From contig CAYFXC010000002.1 of assembly GCA_964347045.1 (NCBI GenBank), positions 1-64,000 on the forward strand: DNA of 64,000 bases. Direction: 5' to 3'. Each line of letters starts with the position of its first letter. Positions within the stretch are counted from its first letter, which is position 1. Origin of the DNA: an uncultured archaeon. Its GTDB lineage: Archaea; Asgardarchaeota; Hermodarchaeia; Hermodarchaeales; Hermodarchaeaceae. The notes beneath the pieces were generated by a model. That model was given only the letters and a program-made list of their open reading frames with translations. It was not told the origin of the DNA and made no database searches. The translations under genes were made by a program, and so were the position numbers. This document shows, in pieces, positions 9,817-19,731 of this stretch.

Positions 9817-10539
9817 TCAAGCGGTTAGGAGTTCAATGCCGCACTGGCTATCGCCCCGTGCCATACACCCCTTTCGACCAATAGTCTGCACATTCACGTT
9901 GCAGGTCAACGAAAGAAGTTTCGGGTAGTACATCAAGTGAAAATTACACAACAGACCTTCATATTTTCTACTTACTTCGCTGTACAGACAATTCTTTGTT
10001 GTGATGATTATCCTTTTTTTCTGTATTGCCACATGTGCATTATATCCAATTATATTCAGTTCTTGTCGCAGCCTTTGGCGGAAAGATTCAAGGCTCATAG
10101 GAAACCGAGAAGTTTGACTCCAGTTTTCGGCAGTAGCAATCGCAGAATTTACTCCCATTGTTTGAAATATGCGTTCTGTGGCCTCTGTGCCAATTTCGTC
10201 CAGTAATGTCATTATAATGCGATCAGATAGTTGCCAATACCTACGGGGAGGAATGGAAAATAGAAGTGCTTTTTTTAGAACATAATTTGATGATGGACGT
10301 CCGCGTCCTCTTTTTCCTGCCTTTTCTAAGGAGCTGTGAGCTATTAGAACATCTTGAGCAAGAAGATCAGAAATAACATACCGTACTGCTGCATCGCTCA
10401 GATTCGTTCCATCAGCAATTTCTCTAGTCGTTGAATTAGGGTTGGCAGCAATGAACTTTATAACAAGCGTGGCTGCAGTTAAACGATGATGAGTAAGCTG
10501 AGCGAAGGACTCACTACTAAGAATTTTTTTTTCAATCAA
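9817..10539 (-). CDS. ArsR/SufR-like winged-HTH regulator with Cys-rich (V4R-like) C-terminal domain, paralog 1
   Basis: HTH TTREIADGTNLSDAAVRY, wing RGRGRP, NCLY...LCNFH...CMARGDSQC. Confidence 0.82.
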   Translation of the reverse strand: MIEKKILSSESFAQLTHHRLTAATLVIKFIAANPNSTTREIADGTNLSDAAVRYVISDLLAQDVLIAHSSLEKAGKRGRGRPSSNYVLKKALLFSIPPRRYWQLSDRIIMTLLDEIGTEATERIFQTMGVNSAIATAENWSQTSRFPMSLESFRQRLRQELNIIGYNAHVAIQKKRIIITTKNCLYSEVSRKYEGLLCNFHLMYYPKLLSLTCNVNVQTIGRKGCMARGDSQCGIELLTA

Positions 10540-10674
10540 AAATCAATCATCTTCTTGTGTGGAGGTCATTATTTAATATATATGATTTGTTCTTTAATTA
10601 ATTTTCGATAATAATTTCAAGTAAATTTTAAATGTTATGAATTGAGAGCTTTATCACCCCGCAGGTGTAGGGTG

Positions 10675-10917
10675 ATGTTTAAGGCGTTCATTTTGCTCAA
10701 AGCGGTTCCTGAAAAAACATCGGAGATATTTGAGAAACTTAAAGAAATGAAACAAGTAGCAGAAGCGGATATTGTCTACGGCGAATACGATTTTATTCTG
10801 AAAACCCAAGTGAAATTACCTGAACACCTAGACGACTTTGTGTTCAATGAACTCCGGCAGATAGACGGGGTTAAATCCACCACCACTTGCATCTGTGCTG
10901 GAAGTATACCTAGGTGA
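10675..10917 (+). CDS. Stand-alone Lrp/AsnC ligand-binding (RAM) domain protein
   Basis: AFILLK, VYGEYDFILK, LRQIDGVKSTTT; 80 aa with no HTH. ATG 10675 follows a G-rich RBS. Confidence 0.85.
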   Translation: MFKAFILLKAVPEKTSEIFEKLKEMKQVAEADIVYGEYDFILKTQVKLPEHLDDFVFNELRQIDGVKSTTTCICAGSIPR

Positions 10918-10921
10918 TAGA

Positions 10922-11218
10922 ATGAGTGAGGTAGCTGCATACCGAGAATATAGATTAAACCACATATCAACTAAGCAATCAATTGGTATTGTCAATAAGG
11001 TTTCAAAACTAATGAGAGATATCATAAGCCCAAATGCATGTGAGATTCAAGCAATGGTAAAAGAGGAAGATCCATCCCAGATCGTTATTTCAATGAAATG
11101 TGTTGATGGAAATGCCGTTCATTACGCTGATGTTCGTTCTATGTTTAAAATAATGCAATTGTGCGAAAAAGATCACATATCTCACGAGATAGGCGAACTT
11201 GAAGTAATTCTTGACTAA
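10922..11218 (+). CDS. Hypothetical protein (98 aa)
   Basis: Starts 4 nt after the Lrp-domain stop with a GGTGA RBS. No family recognised. Confidence 0.65.
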   Translation: MSEVAAYREYRLNHISTKQSIGIVNKVSKLMRDIISPNACEIQAMVKEEDPSQIVISMKCVDGNAVHYADVRSMFKIMQLCEKDHISHEIGELEVILD

Positions 11219-11447
11219 ATCCTCTTTTCTTTCGCAATCTTGGCTTCAATTTATGCTTAGAAACTATGTATATATGGATAAACTCAGAAAATTGCGATGG
11301 CTCATATATTGAGGCGATGCGAAAATTTCAGTTCGTGATAAGAGCTTTAGCTTATACGACAAAATTAATTGGAATATTCAATTGAAGCATTTTTGGGGAT
11401 ATTGAAACAATCGTGATGACCCTTGTTCCTACCGAGGTATTTTGGTT

Positions 11448-12230
11448 TTATGATTCGTTTGAGAAATATTTTAAAAACGGAACCAGCAACAACCCAAGAA
11501 GAAATACACTGTTAATGAATGGAATATAGAACATGGTCCAAAGAGCAAATCCAGACCAAAAAGCTAAAGTAAACAAGAGACTTGTCGCGACAAAGAGCGG
11601 TATCTGTTGAGTATTGCTGTATCGAAATTTCATGCATAGAATCAACACTGAGGACATAACAAGTCCTGTAAGAAACCATCCAATAAAATTAGAAAAGGGA
11701 ACACCATAATAGATTCCAGGAGTGAACCAAATCCAAATACCCAGATTAACAAGTATGGGATCGATAGTTAGATCAATAATTACTAAGAGGAGTGCACTAA
11801 GGAGTACAATCTTCCATGGTTTTTGAACATATTTAGTAGCAAATGTAAATGTCCCTAATAAGAGTGGAATGAAAGCAAATGGAACAACCCATGGAACTAG
11901 CCCAAATAGTTTGATTCCCAATGAATCGGAGTAGAAGAAAGAACCATATGGGATTCCTGTTAAAACTCCAAAGCTCTCAATGATAAGGATTAGAAAAGCG
12001 AGGATAAAGACAACAATAATGGTGTTTTGGGAACCGGCCCATCTGTAAAAGAAGTACAAAGAAGGTAAGATTGTGGTAATAATGAATAAATTGAACAGAT
12101 TAATTGGAATTAATGGATGGAGAACGAAGAAAATATAACTCAAGACATATGGACCTAGAATTACTAGAAGAAAAATGAGCAACCGATGTGTACCACTGTT
12201 GGCGCGGGATTCCCGAAGGTTTGCCGTCAT
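11448..12230 (-). CDS. cruF: Carotenoid hydratase, CruF/bisanhydrobacterioruberin hydratase family
   Basis: IESFGVLTGIPYGSFFYS, LGIKLFGLVP, DLTIDPILV, YYGVPFSNFIGW. TAATG overlap with lyeJ fixes the start at 12230. Confidence 0.88.
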   Translation of the reverse strand: MTANLRESRANSGTHRLLIFLLVILGPYVLSYIFFVLHPLIPINLFNLFIITTILPSLYFFYRWAGSQNTIIVVFILAFLILIIESFGVLTGIPYGSFFYSDSLGIKLFGLVPWVVPFAFIPLLLGTFTFATKYVQKPWKIVLLSALLLVIIDLTIDPILVNLGIWIWFTPGIYYGVPFSNFIGWFLTGLVMSSVLILCMKFRYSNTQQIPLFVATSLLFTLAFWSGFALWTMFYIPFINSVFLLGLLLVPFLKYFSNES

Positions 12231-13105
12231 TAGGTAATCACAATCTTTGGTATAGTTATTGTAATGAAGAGGATTAAACCAAAAACGGCGTTCCAGAATG
12301 GAAAAAGCCAATATATTCTGTTGATATTTTCTGCCTGACGAACTAACAGGTAGAGGGGCAAGACGGGATAGATGAACATGAGAAGATTCCATGGAGCGTT
12401 CCAAGGAATAAGAATTACAAGGATGATTGCAAAGATAAACCAGAAAGTAAGGCAAAGAATTAGAGAAGGGATGGCTCCAATAAAGACGGCGGTTGTTGTT
12501 ATATTAGCCTGTCTATCTGCATCAATGTCTGGAATAGCCGAAAAGAGATGCATTGCGGAAGTCCACATGAATGCCGCAAAGAGGGGTAATATTGGTGGAA
12601 TGATGAAGCGCAGTTGATAGAAAGCAAGAATTGCTGGGATTACATAGAGAAAATTAGACATAAAATCGAAGAATGGGCGAGCCTTAAACCTGATAGGTTT
12701 CGAACTATATAGAAACGACAATAATAGGAAGATACCAAAGAGTGCGATGGCAATAATATCGGGTTGAAATATCATTAAGATTAAGCCAAATACAAAAGAG
12801 ATGACTATGAGGGCAAGCAAATTCCGTTTATCTTTGGCAGTCACACGATACTCTTTATCGTCTTTTTTTGGATTGAAGATATCGGTATCTTCATCATAGT
12901 AATCGTTCACACCATATAGGAAAACATTAGCGGGGAACATGAAGAAAAAGAGTTGAAGCACAAAAAAGGGACTAAGGAATTGCGTGAGTGTAGTGATTCC
13001 AATTGCATACCCGATTAGGTATGTACCTCCTAAATAGAGCCAAAATCGTGGTCGAGAAATTCTAACCGCGAGCCTAGCAATGCCGATCAAATTTATCATC
13101 TTCAT
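12230..13105 (-). CDS. lyeJ: UbiA-family prenyltransferase, lycopene elongase LyeJ/CrtEb type
   Basis: SRPRFWLYLGG, YGVNDYYDEDTDIFNPKK, PIRFKARPFFD, MHLFSAIPDIDAD; lies between crtD and cruF. Confidence 0.88.
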   Translation of the reverse strand: MKMINLIGIARLAVRISRPRFWLYLGGTYLIGYAIGITTLTQFLSPFFVLQLFFFMFPANVFLYGVNDYYDEDTDIFNPKKDDKEYRVTAKDKRNLLALIVISFVFGLILMIFQPDIIAIALFGIFLLLSFLYSSKPIRFKARPFFDFMSNFLYVIPAILAFYQLRFIIPPILPLFAAFMWTSAMHLFSAIPDIDADRQANITTTAVFIGAIPSLILCLTFWFIFAIILVILIPWNAPWNLLMFIYPVLPLYLLVRQAENINRIYWLFPFWNAVFGLILFITITIPKIVIT

Positions 13106-14580
13106 TTATCATAGTGTCTATTGATTTGGTCAGTCACAATCTTCGAAGAGACAAGAGCCATTGGAACACCGATCCCTGGATGTGTGTATTGACCAGTGTA
13201 ATAGAGATTGCGTACCTTCTTACTTCGGTGTCGTGGACGAAAGAATGCGGATTGACGGAAGGTGTGAGTAAGACCCACAGCGGTTCCCTTAAATGCGTGA
13301 TAGTCCTGAGTGAAATCATTTAGTGAAAAGATTCGCTTCACACTTATGAAATCACGGAAAGACTCTCCAATAAGTTTCTCCATATGACTAATAATTTTTT
13401 CAAGATAAGTATCTCGAATCGTAGGCGAATCCTCAATCCCAGGTGATATGGGAACCGTTATGAAGATATTCTCCTTCCCTTTTGGAGCTACTAAAGAATC
13501 GAATCTTGAAGGGCAACACACATAATAAGCAGGTTTATCAGGCCATGCCGGATTCTCAAAAATCTGATCGAAATGCTGGACCCAATCATATTCTAAAAAG
13601 ACATTATGGTGAGTTAGCTGATCTAACTTAAGATCGACCCCTAAGTAAACTACAAAAGCGGATGGAGCGATAATCTTTTTCTTCCAATATTTTTCTGAAT
13701 ACGTTTGATATTCCTTATCAAGCAACTCTAGCTCACTGTAAGGATAATCAGCATTGACAACAATCAGATCTGCATCGATTGTTCCTTGTGTCGTTTGAAC
13801 CTGATAGGCCATTCGATTCTTAATTTCTATGCGAGAGGCTTCAATTCCAAATCGAATTTCAGCCCCCTGTTGTTTTGCTAATTTCATCAAACTTTCAGGA
13901 ATCTTTCCTATTCCACCTCGGGGGTACCAAACGCCCAGATTATAATCGATATGCGAAATGATCGAATACATTGCGGGGGTGTTCTTTGGATTGCCACCCA
14001 AAAACACAATGGGGTACTCGAGGATTTTTCGCGCACGATCACTCTTGAAAAATCTTTGCACATATTCATCGATGTTGCTCAAAATATGTAATTTTCGTCC
14101 TGCTTTCATCAAGGAGGGACTAAACATCGACCAGAAACTATCTAAATCTTTATACATGATGCCCTCCATCATGAAGTCATAGGTTTCTTTTGCTTTCAAC
14201 AAATACTGTGCTAACTTTTTGGCTCCACCTTTTTCGAAACCCTCAAAGGTGTGCAAATTGGGCTCAAGATCTGCTGTGATCTCGACAATATCATTGGCTC
14301 CAAAAAAAATCCGATAATTAGGATCAAGACGGATCAATTCATAATAATCTGAAACAGACTTTCCAAATTCGTTAAAGAAGTTCTCAAAGATTTCGGGCAT
14401 CAAATACCAAGAGGGCCCCATATCGAATACAAAACCTTCTGTTTCCCAAACCCGAGCACGACCTCCCGGCTCCAAATTTTGTTCAATCACTTCAACCTCG
14501 TAGCCTTCTTTGGCAAGCAGTGCAGCGGCAGATAAACCACCCACACCCGCACCAATAATCACTACATTCTGTGGTTTCAT
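13102..14580 (-). CDS. crtD: Phytoene desaturase-family enzyme, probable carotenoid 3,4-desaturase CrtD
   Basis: IGAGVGGL Rossmann motif, FDMGPSWYLMP, HPGIGVPM; first gene of the crtD-lyeJ-cruF order known from haloarchaea. Confidence 0.8.
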   Translation of the reverse strand: MKPQNVVIIGAGVGGLSAAALLAKEGYEVEVIEQNLEPGGRARVWETEGFVFDMGPSWYLMPEIFENFFNEFGKSVSDYYELIRLDPNYRIFFGANDIVEITADLEPNLHTFEGFEKGGAKKLAQYLLKAKETYDFMMEGIMYKDLDSFWSMFSPSLMKAGRKLHILSNIDEYVQRFFKSDRARKILEYPIVFLGGNPKNTPAMYSIISHIDYNLGVWYPRGGIGKIPESLMKLAKQQGAEIRFGIEASRIEIKNRMAYQVQTTQGTIDADLIVVNADYPYSELELLDKEYQTYSEKYWKKKIIAPSAFVVYLGVDLKLDQLTHHNVFLEYDWVQHFDQIFENPAWPDKPAYYVCCPSRFDSLVAPKGKENIFITVPISPGIEDSPTIRDTYLEKIISHMEKLIGESFRDFISVKRIFSLNDFTQDYHAFKGTAVGLTHTFRQSAFFRPRHRSKKVRNLYYTGQYTHPGIGVPMALVSSKIVTDQINRHYDK

Positions 14581-14778
14581 AGGGAATTTCCCTCTACTTA
14601 GGGTGATGTCTCTACTTACAATATTTAATGATTATCTGTTAATTCAAATGCTTCTTGTATTTTAAACAACAAAACAAATTTATTAAATAATTATTTTAGG
14701 AAAAGAGAACTTTTTAAAAGGAAAACCCTTCACCTAAAGAGAAGTGATATTCGTTAAATATGTAACTAGGGCGTTATT

Positions 14779-15735
14779 ATGATGATTAGGGGAGAAAGCT
14801 ATCATCTAGATGTTATTCCATCGCAAATCCGAATCAATGATAAGCGTACACAAAGTGACCTCAACCGCGCCTATGATTACTGCATGAAATTATTCAATAA
14901 GTATGCAAAATCCTTCTCATTCGCTGCGCGATATCTCGAACCTCAACAGCGCCGAAGTATTGCTGCACTCTATGGATTTTGCCGACTCGCGGACGACTTT
15001 GTAGACGAAATAAATCTCACACCCAAACAAATTGACGAAGAACTTAATGTTTTGGCTAAGATTATTACTCGACTTAGTAATGGTGAAACCTTTGATCACC
15101 CGGTATATCATGCCTTTGGTGACACTTTGATGAAATACGATATCCCTGTTAGATATCTCTATGAATTACTTGAAGGCGTCCGCATGGACATCTACCGACA
15201 AGAAATACACACACAAGAAGAGCTTGAGCTCTATTGTTTCCGAGTAGCCTCAACAGTTGGACTATCAATGTGCCACATCTGGCGAGCGATACACCCAGAG
15301 ACCCTCCAAAGAGCCGCAGAACTGGGAATAGCTATGCAGCAAACTAATATTCTACGAGATATTGCGGAAGACTATAACAAGGGACGAATTTACATACCAG
15401 CTGAGACACGAAAAAAATTCCGGATTCGCCTAGAAGATTTTGAAACCCGAAAAATAACTTCAAACTTCAAATACTTGTTAAAACACGAAATAGCGAATGC
15501 TCGAGCAAAGTATGCTTTAGCAGAAATCGGTTTACGAGATCTTCCACCTGCCGCATCGTTCACTGTTAAGGTTGCTGCCCGTATCTATGCAAATATTCTG
15601 AATGAAATTGAGAAGATAGATTACCAAATTTTCAAAAAACGAGTTTATGTGCCAAAATGGAAAAAGTTCTGGATTTCTTTCCAATGTCGTCGCGAATATC
15701 TTCATGATATGAAGGAATTTGTTCTTCACCCATAA
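14779..15735 (+). CDS. crtB: Phytoene synthase
   Basis: AKSFSFA, LYGFCRLADDFVD, YCFRVASTVG, QQTNILRDIAEDYNKGRIYIP. Confidence 0.93.
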   Translation: MMIRGESYHLDVIPSQIRINDKRTQSDLNRAYDYCMKLFNKYAKSFSFAARYLEPQQRRSIAALYGFCRLADDFVDEINLTPKQIDEELNVLAKIITRLSNGETFDHPVYHAFGDTLMKYDIPVRYLYELLEGVRMDIYRQEIHTQEELELYCFRVASTVGLSMCHIWRAIHPETLQRAAELGIAMQQTNILRDIAEDYNKGRIYIPAETRKKFRIRLEDFETRKITSNFKYLLKHEIANARAKYALAEIGLRDLPPAASFTVKVAARIYANILNEIEKIDYQIFKKRVYVPKWKKFWISFQCRREYLHDMKEFVLHP

Positions 15736-15780
15736 TTTTTCACAGCTATGAGAATACTAATCACTTAAGGTGAAAAGAGA

Positions 15781-17289
15781 ATGAACGATTCAAATTCACC
15801 AGAAGTAATTATTATAGGCGGAGGTTTTGGGGGCCTTTCAGCAGCCGTGAGAATTCAAGCTGCAGGATACCAAGTCACTCTCTTAGAGAAACGTCACCAG
15901 CTTGGAGGTCGAGCAGGAGTAATTGAACGAAAGGGATTCCGGTTTGATACCGGACCCACAATCATTACCCCGCCCTTTGTGGTTGAAGACATTTTCCGTG
16001 ATGCAGGACGAGATCCAGCGGATTATATAGAACTGGTTTCAATCCACCCACACTACCGCCTCCACTATGCGGATGGCACCCATTTTGATATCGGTACCTT
16101 CGAGGAAGTCGCAGAGCAAATCAAACAGCTAAATCCGCCTGATTTGGAAGGATACCGAAAATGGCTCAAAATTCTTGAACCTATTTATAAACTGGGATTT
16201 GAAAAATTTGCTATGACACCCTTTGAAAGCCTATGGAGCATGGTGAAGATTATTCCCCCTGCTATTCGCCTTAAATCTTACAAGAGCGTATATGGACTTG
16301 TTGCCAGTTACATGAAGAATGAGAAGCTTCGTATGGCATTCTCATTTGTGCCACTCTTTATTGGCGGAAATCCGTTCACTACTACTAGCGTCTACTCACT
16401 AATAGTCTATCTTGAAAACAAGTATGGCATGCTTTGGGTCCGGGGAGGAACCCATCGATTTGTCGAAGCATTAGAAAAATTATTCGTAGAACTTGGAGGA
16501 ACTATCAAAATAAATTCTGAAGTAACAAAAATTAAAATTGATGAAAAAAAACGAATGGTAACCGGAGTCATCACCGCAAACGGGGATCACTATCCAGCGG
16601 ATATTGTAGTGAGTAATGCCGATGTTGCAATGACTTACATGAAACTAATCGATAGACAATTTCGTCGAAAAAATAACGATAAGCGATTCAAAAAAGCCAA
16701 GTATAGTATGAGCCTTTTCATGGTATATTTCGGGACGAAAAAGAAATACCCCGAAATACCTCATCACAACGTCATTTTTGGCCCTCGCTATAAGGAACTA
16801 ATCAAAGATATTTTTGACCGTCATATTCTCCCTGATGACTTTTCCATTTATTTGCATGTTCCAAGTAGGACTGATCCAGAATTAGCACCGCCCGGTTGTG
16901 AAACTTTCTATGCTTGCGTTCCTGTGACCCACCAAGATTCGGGAATCAATTGGGAAGAAATGAAAGAACCCTTTCGAGACCGAGTTTTACAATATCTCAA
17001 TGACCATTACCTTCCCGATCTTTTAAACAACCTTGAAGTATGTGAAATCTTTACTCCACAGGATTTTGAACACGAGCTTAATGCTTACAAAGGCAACGCA
17101 TTTCAATTACAACCGCTCATGACCCAATCAGGGTGGTTCCGTCCACATAATCGATCTCGTGATATCAAGGGATTATATATTGTAGGTGCCGGAACCCATC
17201 CAGGTGCCGGAGTACCGAGCGTTTTACTCAGTGGAAAAATAACATCAGAACTTATTTTTCAGGATAATAAGAAACCAGCTCAAGAATAG
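15781..17289 (+). CDS. crtI: Phytoene desaturase
   Basis: IGGGFGGL, FDTGPTIIT, VGAGTHPGAGVP; directly follows crtB. Confidence 0.92.
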   Translation: MNDSNSPEVIIIGGGFGGLSAAVRIQAAGYQVTLLEKRHQLGGRAGVIERKGFRFDTGPTIITPPFVVEDIFRDAGRDPADYIELVSIHPHYRLHYADGTHFDIGTFEEVAEQIKQLNPPDLEGYRKWLKILEPIYKLGFEKFAMTPFESLWSMVKIIPPAIRLKSYKSVYGLVASYMKNEKLRMAFSFVPLFIGGNPFTTTSVYSLIVYLENKYGMLWVRGGTHRFVEALEKLFVELGGTIKINSEVTKIKIDEKKRMVTGVITANGDHYPADIVVSNADVAMTYMKLIDRQFRRKNNDKRFKKAKYSMSLFMVYFGTKKKYPEIPHHNVIFGPRYKELIKDIFDRHILPDDFSIYLHVPSRTDPELAPPGCETFYACVPVTHQDSGINWEEMKEPFRDRVLQYLNDHYLPDLLNNLEVCEIFTPQDFEHELNAYKGNAFQLQPLMTQSGWFRPHNRSRDIKGLYIVGAGTHPGAGVPSVLLSGKITSELIFQDNKKPAQE

Positions 17290-17300
17290 TCTTACGCCAT

Positions 17301-17795
17301 CTATTCTGGCGATCCAAGAGCAATCGTTTCGACAATATTCACCAACTTAACAATATTCAAAGGCTTCTCAGGACTAAGAGCTTGCCAACCCTCTGATGTC
17401 TTCAATCCATGTGCGGCAAGAAAGTTAGGTGATAATTGCCGAGAACCGACTTTTGCCATATGGATAATCGCTTTTTCCCTCTCACCAGGTTCATTCACTA
17501 TTTCAAGTTCCCCTCGGAAGACTACAAAACAATATTGATGTAAATCAGGTTTGTAGGTTTCAATTTCAACCGCAACGCGATTGTCGTGTTCAATCAGTTT
17601 CATTTTCTTTCCATAACGCGTGAAATGAAAGTAGAGAGTTCCATCAATATACGCATATTGAAAAGGAGACATATAGGGATATTCATCTCCCCGAAAAGCA
17701 ATTCGACATATCACCTGATTATGTAATAGCGCCTCAATCAATTTCCTTTCCATTTGAGGTAATTTCACTATAGAAATCTTATTCACCCCATACAT
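17301..17795 (-). CDS. Pyridoxamine 5'-phosphate oxidase-like split-barrel flavin-binding protein (NimA-like)
   Basis: CRIAF..EYPYMSP, LYFHFT..GKKM, VVFRG. The start may be GTG near 17768. Confidence 0.82.
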   Translation of the reverse strand: MYGVNKISIVKLPQMERKLIEALLHNQVICRIAFRGDEYPYMSPFQYAYIDGTLYFHFTRYGKKMKLIEHDNRVAVEIETYKPDLHQYCFVVFRGELEIVNEPGEREKAIIHMAKVGSRQLSPNFLAAHGLKTSEGWQALSPEKPLNIVKLVNIVETIALGSPE

Positions 17796-17852
17796 ACTTT
17801 AGGATGCCTTCTCAAATATATTCGATAGGGATTCATCAACAAGGGTAAGAAA

Positions 17853-19247
17853 TTGAGTAAATTATATAAAAAAACTCTTTTCATCTTTCGTCGTGATCTT
17901 CGACTAGTTGATAACACTGGATTAATTCGCGCTTTAGAAGATTCTAACCAAGTCCTGCCAAGCTTTTTCCTTGATCCCAGACTTCTGAAGCAATCTAGCC
18001 CACATCTGAATGCCATCCAATTCATGGCTGAAGCACTACAAGACCTAGATTTACGACTTCAACACCAAAACAGCCAACTGTTATTCTCTTCAGGTATACC
18101 TGAAAAAATGATTTTCAAACTATTGAAAACCTATGAAATTGATGCAGTGTTTATTAACCGTGATTATTCACCCTTCAGTCGTCAAAGAGATGCGCAAATT
18201 AGAAATGTATGTAAGAAGGCAAAGGTGGCATTTCACCAATTCGCGGATTCTCTGCTTAATGAACCAGAAATGATCCTTAAGGCCAATAATGAACCCTATA
18301 AAGTATTTACTCCCTATTTCAGAAAAGCCTTAGAACTCCCCATAAGTCTTCCAAAAGAAAATTCCTTCAAAAATTATGTAAAAATCAGACCAGGAAGCCA
18401 AAAGAAGGTAACAGTCCCATTCAAGCATATAAAAACCAAAAACAACAAATCACTTCTCGTTCAAGGTTCAAGAACTGCAGCTCTTGCTATTCTCTCAAAT
18501 TTACAAGACTTTAGGCAATATAAAATAACCAGAGATTTTCCTAATCAACATGGCACCACCCGCCTTTCAGCGTATATTAAATTTGGAAGTTGCTCTGTGC
18601 GCGAAGTATATAATGCCATCAAAAAGCAGCTTGGAATAAATCATCCACTTATTCGCCAACTCTATTGGCGAGATTTCTACACGCATATCGCGTTCCATTA
18701 TCCGCATGTGTTTGAGGGAGCCTTTAAACCCCGATATAATAAGATTCAATGGAACAATGATAAGATGCTATTTGAAACATGGCGCAAAGGAATGACAGGA
18801 TTCCCCATTGTAGATGCGGGTATTCGTGAACTCAATGAAACGGGTTGGATGCATAATCGTGTCCGGATGATTGTAGCATCATTCTTAACCAAAGATCTAC
18901 ATATCAATTGGCAGTGGGGAGAACGGTATTTTGCCAGCAAACTTGTCGATTATGATCCCGCAGTCAACAATGGAAACTGGCAATGGGCTGCATCAACAGG
19001 AGTTGACGCACAACCATATTTTCGAATCTTTAATCCATGGCTACAACAAATAAAGTATGATGCAGATTGTGAATATATCAAAAAATGGATTCCTGATTTG
19101 TCCAAACTTGAACCCAAAATCATTCACACATGGCATAAACCAACTAAATGGGATTCAAAAATTAAGTATCCAAAACCGGTAGTTGATCATAAAGTCGAAA
19201 GTCAATATTCTAAGGAACTATATGCAGCAACATTTTCAGCCAAATGA
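17853..19247 (+). CDS. phrB: Class I CPD DNA photolyase
   Basis: FRRDLRLVDN, YKVFTPYF, LYWRDFY, GFPIVDAG, WMHNRVRMIVASFL, NNGNWQW, FRIFNP. Confidence 0.96.
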   Translation: MSKLYKKTLFIFRRDLRLVDNTGLIRALEDSNQVLPSFFLDPRLLKQSSPHLNAIQFMAEALQDLDLRLQHQNSQLLFSSGIPEKMIFKLLKTYEIDAVFINRDYSPFSRQRDAQIRNVCKKAKVAFHQFADSLLNEPEMILKANNEPYKVFTPYFRKALELPISLPKENSFKNYVKIRPGSQKKVTVPFKHIKTKNNKSLLVQGSRTAALAILSNLQDFRQYKITRDFPNQHGTTRLSAYIKFGSCSVREVYNAIKKQLGINHPLIRQLYWRDFYTHIAFHYPHVFEGAFKPRYNKIQWNNDKMLFETWRKGMTGFPIVDAGIRELNETGWMHNRVRMIVASFLTKDLHINWQWGERYFASKLVDYDPAVNNGNWQWAASTGVDAQPYFRIFNPWLQQIKYDADCEYIKKWIPDLSKLEPKIIHTWHKPTKWDSKIKYPKPVVDHKVESQYSKELYAATFSAK

Positions 19248-19703
19248 TATTGAGTAACTGCCAATTGATCCCCAATTTTCAGTTTTATCGTTCTCAGATT
19301 TTTTTGCACAAAAATGAATTATAACTTGTGCCTTATCAAACATGCCGTTTTTTTCAAAAAATTCACGATCTCCATATCGGATGCTCTCTAATACGAGAGG
19401 TAACTCCCGACGAAAGATGCCTTCGCGGAATCGTCGTGAACCCAAACCTCGACTAACTTGACAGTAAACATTCAAAATACATTCATCCGCTTTTTGGACC
19501 AATTCAGCAAAAATCTCATCTCGCATTAAACGTGAAAACAAACCCCTAACCTGCTTTTTATCATATTCTGGTCCCACTGTAAGGAAAAGTTCCCCCGTTC
19601 GATCTGAATGAGTAAGAGTATATCTTCGTGGAATTAGAACATCAAGTGATTGGGGGAAAGGGAGGAAACGAACCTTGAGTTTATTTGGATTCAGTCTCGT
19701 CAT
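19236..19703 (-). CDS. Stay-green (SGR, Mg-dechelatase family) homolog
   Basis: PRRYTLTHSDRTGELFLTVG, RDEIFAE, IFRRELPLVLESIRYGD, VIIHF, ENWG: the characteristic Staygreen blocks. Confidence 0.9.
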   Translation of the reverse strand: MTRLNPNKLKVRFLPFPQSLDVLIPRRYTLTHSDRTGELFLTVGPEYDKKQVRGLFSRLMRDEIFAELVQKADECILNVYCQVSRGLGSRRFREGIFRRELPLVLESIRYGDREFFEKNGMFDKAQVIIHFCAKKSENDKTENWGSIGSYSISFG

Positions 19704-19731
19704 TATCGTTTCGCTGAATTGTAAATGGTTG

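Noticed and set aside
12231-12455. Long N-terminal extensions in the ORF track (cruF, also nuoI, nuoJ, rbcL, doxD, hdrD)
   Set aside because: They overlap upstream genes or promoters; downstream starts have RBS or stop-start coupling.
14581-14593. AGGGAATTTCCCT palindrome resembling GGGGAATTTCCCC at about 20256 as a shared operator
   Set aside because: Only two instances: one overlaps the crtD RBS region and the other is the core of a terminator hairpin. Insufficient support.
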